Source of the DNA: a virus
Taxonomy: Duplodnaviria; Caudoviricetes
IMG/VR virus record: IMGVR_UViG_3300028588_000072
Coordinates: 1-28,904 of that record
Reading direction: 5' to 3' (one strand)
Length of the DNA stretch: 28,904 bases
The translations under genes and the position numbers were made by a program. The notes below the pieces were generated by a model that saw nothing but the letters and a program-made list of their open reading frames with translations, searched no databases and had not been told where the DNA came from. This document shows positions 1-6,015 of the stretch, piece by piece. The first letter of the stretch is position 1, and each line of letters begins with the position of its first letter.

Positions 1-171
1 CAATCACAGCAGCCGAAGTATTCGGCGGAAGACAAGATCGCCCTGCAGGCGCGCACCTGGCGTGCCATCGACCGGGATGCGATCGCGAACAAGGAAGACC
101 GTCGCAAGCAGCAGGCCGAGTACATGGCGCGCCAGCAGCTGCGCAAGGTCGTAGACGAGGCAGGCGAATAA
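1..171 (+). CDS. Hypothetical phage protein, 5'-truncated by window edge
   Basis: Frame 1 is open (QSQQPKYSAEDKIALQARTW...VVDEAGE*). Its TAA overlaps the next ATG (TAATG). Confidence 0.7.
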   Translation, partial: QSQQPKYSAEDKIALQARTWRAIDRDAIANKEDRRKQQAEYMARQQLRKVVDEAGE

Positions 172-347
172 TGGACACACCAATCATCTCGCTCGACATG
201 ATCCGCGCGAAGGCGCGCGCTGCGTTTGCTCGTGGCGTAGGTCGTGACGGGCACAACTTCAACTGGCACTCGACGGACGCGATCGCGACCTGGCAGGCAG
301 AGTGGGACAAATGCGCGGCTGAACAGTGCGAGGCATCGCCGCCATGA
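171..347 (+). CDS. Small hypothetical protein (58 aa), possibly Rmf/CrpP-like fold
   Basis: MDTPIISLDMIRAKARAAFARGVGRDGHNFNWHSTDAIATWQAEWDKCAAEQCEASPP. Coupled at both ends (TAATG, ATGA). Below the ORF-track cutoff. Confidence 0.7.
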   Translation: MDTPIISLDMIRAKARAAFARGVGRDGHNFNWHSTDAIATWQAEWDKCAAEQCEASPP

Positions 348-1462
348 CCACGATCGCCACTGGCGCCCTGCCGGCGCCGCTCACCCCACCCGACTGCAAT
401 CTGCAGGACTTCGCGTTCATGCCGCTCGACGTCGCGCGTCTGCGTGACAGCGACATGGCCGCGTACGAATCACCCGAGGCTTGCTGGGCCGGTGTTCTTT
501 TGTGGAGCGCCGCCTGGCACCAGGTACCCGCTGCATCCCTTCCCGACGACGATCGCTTCCTGGCCAAGGCCGCCGGCTACGGTCGCGTGGTCAAGGAATG
601 GATGAACCTGCGCGAGGGCGCGCTGCATGGCTGGGTGAAGTGTGCCGATGGCCGCCTGTATCACCCTGTCGTCGCCGAGAAAGCGCTGGAAAGCTGGCGG
701 GCCAAGCTGCATCACGCATGGAAGAAAGAATGTGATCGCGTCCGGAAATCTAACAAGCAACGCGAGTCAGAAGGCCGTCCCCTGTTGCCACTTCCACCAG
801 AACCGGGCACGAATTCCGCTGATCTTCCGCAGGAAAGCGCAGGAATTCCACCGGAAAGCGCTCTCGATTCCGCTGGAACTGAGGAAACGGGCGACGGAAT
901 TCCGCTGGAAAACACTCTTAAGGGACAGGGACAGGGAGAAGGACAGGGACAGGGACAGGGACAGGGAGAATGTAAACCTAAATCGTCAACACCGCCCCCA
1001 CCAACCCCGAGCACGCCGCCGGTCGACCTGGACAGCCCCGCCGACCTAGTCGCGAACATGCCGCGCAACACGCAGATCGCCCTGCTGCTACGCGCCCAGG
1101 GCGTACAGACCACTTCGCAGAACCCGATCGTCGCCGTGACCTGGGCACAAGACCCCAAGGTTACCGACGAGATTCTGAACGTCGCCATCACCAAGGCCAA
1201 AGCCGCCAAGCCCGACGAGGTCATCCCGGTCAAGTACCTCGAGCGCATCGTCTCGAACATCCTGCTCGAGCAGGCCGCTCCGCCACCAGCACCAGGTGCA
1301 CAGAAGCCGCGCAACGACGACTGGGCTTGGAAGAAATCGAACCAGGGCATTGAGGCCAAAGGCCGTGAGTTCGGGATGTTCGCCCGCGGTGGCGAGAGCT
1401 ACCACGACTTCGCCGCACGCATCCAAGCCAAGATCGACACGCTGAAAGGCCGAGCAGCATGA
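344..1462 (+). CDS. DUF1376/YdaU-family phage replication initiator-like protein
   Basis: N-terminal PAPLTPPDCNLQDFAFMPLDVARLRDS...WHQVPAASLPDDD...DGRLYHPVVAEKA motif. Low-complexity linker carrying DNA repeats. ATG at 344 overlaps the upstream stop (ATGA). Confidence 0.8.
   Translation: MTTIATGALPAPLTPPDCNLQDFAFMPLDVARLRDSDMAAYESPEACWAGVLLWSAAWHQVPAASLPDDDRFLAKAAGYGRVVKEWMNLREGALHGWVKCADGRLYHPVVAEKALESWRAKLHHAWKKECDRVRKSNKQRESEGRPLLPLPPEPGTNSADLPQESAGIPPESALDSAGTEETGDGIPLENTLKGQGQGEGQGQGQGQGECKPKSSTPPPPTPSTPPVDLDSPADLVANMPRNTQIALLLRAQGVQTTSQNPIVAVTWAQDPKVTDEILNVAITKAKAAKPDEVIPVKYLERIVSNILLEQAAPPPAPGAQKPRNDDWAWKKSNQGIEAKGREFGMFARGGESYHDFAARIQAKIDTLKGRAA
792..910. repeat. Iteron-like palindromic repeats TTCC-N3-GGAA (putative phage replication origin)
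   Basis: Perfect copies at 825, 846, 868 and 900, degenerate copies at 792 and 814. They lie inside the initiator gene, as in lambda O. Confidence 0.65.
921..968 (+). repeat. Tandem hexamer (AGGGAC)x8, imperfect, encoding GQGQGEGQGQGQGQGE
   Basis: Read directly from the sequence. Confidence 0.9.
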
Positions 1463-1950
1463 CGCACACCCACGACGACCGAATCGCAGACCGACCACAG
1501 CACCTGTGCGCCGCCTACGGCTGCCCGCTGATCGGCTCGATGGCCACAAGTACGACCGGATCCACGGAATGGTGGTGCTTCGCCCACTTCGGCGCCAGCG
1601 CCGGCCGGTTCCAGATGATCACGAACGAGATGCACAGGCTGCGCTGGCTGTCGATGGCCGTGCACGACGTCCGGTTCCACGACAAGCCTGGCACCCAGGC
1701 ATCACGCGCAGCGTTCGCCACGATCGAGCGCGAGCTGCAGGCGCACGGTCGACCTGACCTGCTTTGGCAGCGCCCGGACGCAGACCACCCATCGGGGGAA
1801 AAGCGGTATCGCTGGCTCGAGCGGCTGGAGAACGCGCTGCGCACGCTGCTGGCCGACGTGCTCGATGCCAGCAACGACCAAGCAGCGCTGCCGATCACGG
1901 GTTCGAGCGTAGGGACTTTCGAACGTGTCGGCTTCGACATGCCCACCTGA
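1459..1950 (+). CDS. Hypothetical phage protein with N-terminal Cys/His cluster
   Basis: ATGA overlap with the initiator gene. CAAYGCP...WCFAH motif. Phage-like codon use. Confidence 0.75.
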   Translation: MTHTHDDRIADRPQHLCAAYGCPLIGSMATSTTGSTEWWCFAHFGASAGRFQMITNEMHRLRWLSMAVHDVRFHDKPGTQASRAAFATIERELQAHGRPDLLWQRPDADHPSGEKRYRWLERLENALRTLLADVLDASNDQAALPITGSSVGTFERVGFDMPT

Positions 1951-2008
1951 CCGAGACCATTTCGCGCGCGAGAGCGCCACAACCGCAGAACCATAGGAGA
2001 AAAGCAAC

Positions 2009-2650
2009 ATGAGCATCACCATCAAACCAACCCTCGGCCGCATCGTCTGGTACCGCGGCGAGGACGGCGAATTCCGCGCAGCGATCGTCGTGGGCGTCAA
2101 CAGCGACTTCAACGTGAACCTGCAAGTGTTGGGGCATCACGCAGGCGACACGCAATGCGGCCCCATGGACTCGGTCACGCATGCGGACCCCGAGCAAGAA
2201 CCGCTGTGCTTCCCGTCCTGGCACTGGATGCCGTACCAGGTCGAGCAGGCGAAGAAGGCCGAGGCCATGCTGCCGGCTTCCCATCCGGTTCAGCAGCTGG
2301 CCAATGCCGTCGGCGGTACGCTCGAGCACGTGGAGCGTCTGCCAGACGGTACTGGCGCAGCTGTGCTCAGCATGCCGTTGCCCGCCGACCATTGGCTGAC
2401 AGAACGCGGCTACAACGTGCCCCCGATGGTGTTCCGCAAGGGCACGGACGATCCGGAGCGTCAGGAGTGGGCCGAGAAGATCCGCGCCGCCGGCCGCTAC
2501 GCCGTGCGCTGCGCGACGATCAACGGCACTGAAAACGACTTCGACCCCGACGCCCTGGTGCAGAACCTGGTCGTCGGCATGCTCGGTTACTGGACGCCGG
2601 ACGGTCTGTCCAAAGAGGCCGATGCGAACCCGCCGGGCCTGACCGGCTGA
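2009..2650 (+). CDS. Hypothetical phage protein (apparently two-module)
   Basis: SD AGGAG upstream. N-terminal KPTLGRIVWY...AAIV...VNLQV module followed by a SMPLPADHWL...DFDPDALVQN module. Confidence 0.8.
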   Translation: MSITIKPTLGRIVWYRGEDGEFRAAIVVGVNSDFNVNLQVLGHHAGDTQCGPMDSVTHADPEQEPLCFPSWHWMPYQVEQAKKAEAMLPASHPVQQLANAVGGTLEHVERLPDGTGAAVLSMPLPADHWLTERGYNVPPMVFRKGTDDPERQEWAEKIRAAGRYAVRCATINGTENDFDPDALVQNLVVGMLGYWTPDGLSKEADANPPGLTG

Positions 2651-2710
2651 CCCAGCACCACCACGCCCGGCCGCGAGCCGGGCCACAACAACAACGAGGA
2701 GAAGCACCAA

Positions 2711-3181
2711 ATGATCACCCTGACCCTTCCCTACCCGATCAGCGCAAATCGCTACTGGGCCACGCGCACGATTCCCGGCAAGGGCGCGCGCAAGGCCATG
2801 GCGATGACTTACGTGACGCCCGAAGCGAAGGCGTATAAGACCCTGGTCGAAGCGACGTGTCGCGCCGCCGGCATACGCGCGCCGCTCGCCGGCCGCGTGC
2901 GCATCGACGTCAAGCTGTTCCCGCATCGCCCGCTCGACTGGCAGGCGCGCCAGCGCAAGTTGGGCGCTACCTGGGACGACGGTGTGCAGTGTCTCGACCT
3001 GGACAACGCGAACAAGGTGCTGCTCGACGCGCTCAAGGACGTGGCGATCGAGGATGACAAGTGGGTGCGTCGGCTGACGGCTGAACGCATGGAGCCGGAT
3101 GGCGAAGCGCGCGTTGTCGTGACAATCACCGCAATCGCGACGGTGCAGCCACAGGCCAGCTTGCTCGCGGAGGTCGCGTGA
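2711..3181 (+). CDS. rusA: RusA-family Holliday junction resolvase
   Basis: LPYPISANRYW N-terminus and DLDNANKVLLDALKDVAIEDDKWV catalytic motif. SD GAGGAG. Confidence 0.9.
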   Translation: MITLTLPYPISANRYWATRTIPGKGARKAMAMTYVTPEAKAYKTLVEATCRAAGIRAPLAGRVRIDVKLFPHRPLDWQARQRKLGATWDDGVQCLDLDNANKVLLDALKDVAIEDDKWVRRLTAERMEPDGEARVVVTITAIATVQPQASLLAEVA

Positions 3182-3495
3182 ACGATCACGTCATCAACGC
3201 GCTGATCTCGCTGGCGTTCTTCACGCTGGCTGCCCTGCTCCTGTGGCTTCTCGTCCGGATGAACGTCCGGGAGCGGGCTCGACGCGCCGCGCGGGAGGAG
3301 CGCGCACGCGCGGCCTTGGTCCCTTCCGGCAGCGCCGCTTTCGACGCCGGCGCCGTGGCTTCCCTAGACGGCGTAGCTGCCTGGCAGAACCCGCACTGCA
3401 CGCCGAGTCGGCTGCCGAAGGATGCTACCGCCTGGGCCGCGGGCTGGTGCTATGGCCGCCAGGTGTGGCGCGATTCGTGGAGGGCCGACGAGTGA
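3178..3495 (+). CDS. Membrane-anchored hypothetical protein with Rmf/CrpP-like C-terminal motif
   Basis: N-terminal hydrophobic helix, then AFDAG..A...G.....NPH....W..GW..G pattern. GTGA overlaps on both sides. Confidence 0.65.
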   Translation: MNDHVINALISLAFFTLAALLLWLLVRMNVRERARRAAREERARAALVPSGSAAFDAGAVASLDGVAAWQNPHCTPSRLPKDATAWAAGWCYGRQVWRDSWRADE

Positions 3496-3890
3496 TTGAC
3501 GAACGCCGCGACATTGGATCCCGCCTCGAGAACTGGGCTCGCTGGGCTACGCTCGCTAACGGCCCAGTGTCGGCGGCCAGCCAAACCGGTGCCATTTGCG
3601 AGCGCTTGCGCAAGGCCGAGCTGGGGAGCGCCGGCGGCAGCGACGAGCGACGCAAGGTCGACGAGGACGACGCGCTCTTGCTAGAGCTGGGAATGCGCAA
3701 GCTAAAGACCTTCGACAGATTGCTGTTGTGGTGGTGCTACATCGATCAAGCTCGGCCAGAGGTTGTATGCCGGAAGCTGTCCATTCCGCGCCACCCGGCG
3801 ACTGAGTTTGTGCGGCTATTCCGCACTGCACAGACGGCGATTGAGACGGCAAGCAAGGAGGTTTCAGCAGTTGCCAAAATTAAACCTTGA
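3492..3890 (+). CDS. Late antitermination protein Q-like
   Basis: GTG at 3492 overlaps the upstream TGA. IGSRLENWARW N-terminus and C-terminal HTH-like segment. It is the last early gene before a pR'-like promoter/terminator. Confidence 0.7.
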   Translation: MIDERRDIGSRLENWARWATLANGPVSAASQTGAICERLRKAELGSAGGSDERRKVDEDDALLLELGMRKLKTFDRLLLWWCYIDQARPEVVCRKLSIPRHPATEFVRLFRTAQTAIETASKEVSAVAKIKP

Positions 3891-3896
3891 TATGAT
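3888..3896 (+). promoter_or_regulatory. Extended -10 promoter (TGaTATGAT) for the HEPN moron
   Basis: TGn-TATGAT lies about 30 nt upstream of the GTG start, in an AT-rich context. Confidence 0.5.
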
Positions 3897-3926
3897 GGAT
3901 CCACCAAATTTTTAACTGGAGGCAAC

Positions 3927-4841
3927 GTGGGTCAAGTTCAAACTGAAGTACGTTTTATATGTCCTGAGTGTAGCGAAAAAGTAGCGGTCATCGTTTACGT
4001 GCCTGAAGTTGACTGGTCTCACGACTCGCCAGGTGACTCGCTATCGGAAGATGATATTGATATTGAATGCCCTTTATGTGAGACCGTATTCGATGCTCAT
4101 GTTCAAAATAGCCCGTCACATTGTGCAGTTGAATTCTCTGAGTATCCTGACGTTGAGGTGGAAGCAGATGACGCAATTTTTTCATTCGAACATGATGACG
4201 ACGAACATGGTTGGCTCAATCTGGATCCACCTGATGAGCCCTTCGCCGTGTACAAGGACGCGATTTATCGGCTCCAGCTAATTATTGGAGAGCATGGAAT
4301 CGGCGGTAAAAAGTCCATTCTTCAATCCTCTGCAGTCGTAAATCGCATGGTCTATGCAAGTGCTATCGGCGCGATGGAGGCGTTTTTGGGCGATCTGCTG
4401 ATGAGAACGGTCTTGGCAGAGAAAATCGCGTTGAAACGTCTTTTGGCTAATGAGAGCGAATTGAAAAAAACTTCCATCTCACTTGTCCGCATTTACGAAA
4501 ATCCGAACGTAGTTACAGATCACGTCCGCGAATACTTAGCTGGCATCCAGTACCATAATTTATCTAAAATCGCCAAGTTGTATGAACTAGCACTCGATAT
4601 TGAAGTTTTCCCGAGTAAGGAAATTCGAAGTGCGCTCTCGCGCTCGGTAACTATCAGGCACGATCTTGTCCACCGCAATGGTAAGACGAAAACAGGGGAC
4701 CCAATCGAGCTGCCCACTTCGACTGTTGAAAACTTGATAAATGATTTAATGACATTCGGGATTCATGTTTATAAAGAAGTGCTTCATGCGCTTACCTATC
4801 TCGAATTCCAAGACCTGACGTTGACAGAAGGAAAGCAATGA
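3927..4841 (+). CDS. Zn-ribbon + HEPN-domain protein (RiboL-PSP-HEPN-like); putative RNase/anti-phage moron
   Basis: CPEC and CPLC motifs, acidic linker, AIGAMEAFLGD helix, and R-x4-H motif RHDLVHRNG (R244). SD GGAGG. Visibly AT-richer than its flanks. Confidence 0.8.
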   Translation: MGQVQTEVRFICPECSEKVAVIVYVPEVDWSHDSPGDSLSEDDIDIECPLCETVFDAHVQNSPSHCAVEFSEYPDVEVEADDAIFSFEHDDDEHGWLNLDPPDEPFAVYKDAIYRLQLIIGEHGIGGKKSILQSSAVVNRMVYASAIGAMEAFLGDLLMRTVLAEKIALKRLLANESELKKTSISLVRIYENPNVVTDHVREYLAGIQYHNLSKIAKLYELALDIEVFPSKEIRSALSRSVTIRHDLVHRNGKTKTGDPIELPTSTVENLINDLMTFGIHVYKEVLHALTYLEFQDLTLTEGKQ

Positions 4842-4849
4842 AGTAAATT
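4821..4849 (+). promoter_or_regulatory. Late promoter, lambda pR'-like
   Basis: TTGACA (4821-4826), 17-nt spacer, TAAATT (4844-4849). It lies downstream of the Q-like gene and upstream of a strong terminator. Confidence 0.8.
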
Positions 4850-4930
4850 CCTGGTCACAACTTATTTCCGTCGATCAAGACGCGGCCGGTTCCCAAAGGG
4901 AGCCTGCGGCGTGTACGGAAGATTCCTGAA

Positions 4931-4962
4931 GCCCCGCAGTCAGCGATGACGCGGGGCTTTTT
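4931..4962 (+). terminator. Intrinsic terminator tR'-like
   Basis: GCCCCGC-aGTCA-gcga-TGAC-GCGGGGC followed by TTTTT. Confidence 0.85.
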
Positions 4963-4968
4963 GCGTTC

Positions 4969-5074
4969 TGGAGCCAATGATGAAGTTCTTCGCTGACTGG
5001 GGTGGCTTCACATCAACCTGTCTCCTCCTGACTGTGCTGGTCGGCCGCAGTTGGGCATACATCTACTGGCTCCA
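4969..5074 (+). ncRNA. Putative structured RNA with anti-SD linker TGTCTCCTCC (Betaproteobacteria toxic-sRNA-like), copy 1
   Basis: Closing stem TGGAGCCA/TGGCTCCA. Two inner hairpins (4981-5010 and 5028-5054) flank unpaired TGTCTCCTC (5019-5027). Confidence 0.45.
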
Positions 5075-5102
5075 AGGCCGCGCCGGTGTTCGCTGGCGCT
5101 AG
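4977..5102 (+). CDS. Putative 41-aa hydrophobic peptide
   Basis: MMKFFADWGGFTSTCLLLTVLVGRSWAYIYWLQGRAGVRWR with GGAG just upstream. It overlaps the RNA element and may be spurious. Confidence 0.35.
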   Translation: MMKFFADWGGFTSTCLLLTVLVGRSWAYIYWLQGRAGVRWR

Positions 5103-5171
5103 AAACGACCTGGTGCTGACCAGACAGCCGGCGCTTACGCGCTGCCGGCGCCGGACGCTGTAACCGGCACA

Positions 5172-5291
5172 TCACAACCGCTGTGCACATTCGACTATCA
5201 CTGCGAAGGCAATGGCCGCCTGTTGTAACGAGCGCACTAAACGGCTTACTGAATCGAGAAGGCTGGTAACTTCTTTGACGCTGAGTTTCAT
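5172..5291 (-). CDS. Putative 39-aa protein (moron-like)
   Basis: MKLSVKEVTSLLDSVSRLVRSLQQAAIAFAVIVECAQRL. SD AAGGA and an AT-rich upstream region on the - strand. Confidence 0.45.
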   Translation of the reverse strand: MKLSVKEVTSLLDSVSRLVRSLQQAAIAFAVIVECAQRL

Positions 5292-5378
5292 GGGTTCCTT
5301 TGGGTTAGTTCTTCCATACTATGTGACTCTAAAGGCCCATTCCTCTGGTGGGTTTTCCAACCCCTCTTCGGACCAACC

Positions 5379-5480
5379 GTGCCATTTCAGCTATCCCACG
5401 AAGCCGAGCGCCGCTGGGTGCTGGTGCTGATTCAACTCGAGCTGGCGCGCATCGCGCTGCTCACCCAGGCGGCCCGATAG
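5379..5480 (+). CDS. Putative 33-aa peptide
   Basis: GTG start, MPFQLSHEAERRWVLVLIQLELARIALLTQAAR, phage-like codon use, weak SD. Confidence 0.3.
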   Translation: MPFQLSHEAERRWVLVLIQLELARIALLTQAAR

Positions 5481-5560
5481 CCGCCCTACCCTGTGTCTCC
5501 TCTCTCCGCTTCGGCGGAGCTTCCGGCCCGGCCAGCATCACGCTGCCGGGCCATTCTTTT
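5390..5560 (+). ncRNA. Putative structured RNA with anti-SD linker TGTCTCCTC, copy 2
   Basis: Long hairpin (GCTATC/GATAGC; GCCGCTGGGTG/CACCCAgGCGGC), TGTCTCCTC at 5494-5502, CTCCGC-TTCG-GCGGAG hairpin, then a terminator. Confidence 0.45.
5525..5560 (+). terminator. Intrinsic terminator upstream of terS
   Basis: GGCCCGGC-cAGC-atcac-GCT-GCCGGGCC followed by ATTCTTTT. Confidence 0.6.
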
Positions 5561-5571
5561 GACCGTACCCC

Positions 5572-6015
5572 ATGACCGCGACCACCTACACGCCCGAGCT
5601 GGCCGCCAAGTTCTGCGCCGCGATCGCTGACGGCAAAAGCATCCGCGCCGTGTGCAAACTCGACGGAATGCCCAGCAAGGCGGCCGTGTTCCGCTGGCTG
5701 CGCGAGCACCCTGAATTCGAAAAGCTGTACGAGATTGCTACCGACGAGCGGGCCGACACCCTGGTCGACGAAATCGTCGAGATCGCGGATAACTGCCGCG
5801 TCGATGCCGACTCGATCCGCAAGGCCAAGCTGCGCATCCACGCGCGGGTCGAGCAGGCCCAGCGCATGAAGCCGCGCAAGTACGGCAACAAGATGCAGCT
5901 CACCGGCGACGGCGGCGGCCCGGTCAAGCACCAGGTCGGCAAGCTCACCGACGAGCAGCTCGACGCCCAGATCGCCGCAATGAGTGCGGCCGCCGGCCAT
6001 GACAGTGACAAGTAG
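5572..6015 (+). CDS. terS: Terminase small subunit (Sf6 gp1-like)
   Basis: YTPELAAKFC..IADGKSIRAVCKLDGMPSKAAVFRWL HTH, EIVEIAD and PRKYG motifs. Directly upstream of terL. Confidence 0.9.
   Translation: MTATTYTPELAAKFCAAIADGKSIRAVCKLDGMPSKAAVFRWLREHPEFEKLYEIATDERADTLVDEIVEIADNCRVDADSIRKAKLRIHARVEQAQRMKPRKYGNKMQLTGDGGGPVKHQVGKLTDEQLDAQIAAMSAAAGHDSDK

Noticed and set aside
792-968. CRISPR array
   Set aside because: The repeats are 6-11 bp, lie within a CDS, have no unique 30-40 nt spacers, and no cas genes are present.
3243-3491. Long N-terminal extension of the Q-like ORF given in the ORF track (also the extensions at 326, 5984, 7551, 9670, 19336, 26492)
   Set aside because: These extensions overlap upstream genes. 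Downstream starts with SD sites or stop/start coupling fit better.
3871-3896. TTGCCA/TATGAT as a -35/-10 pair
   Set aside because: The spacer is only 14 nt, so it was kept only as an extended -10 promoter.
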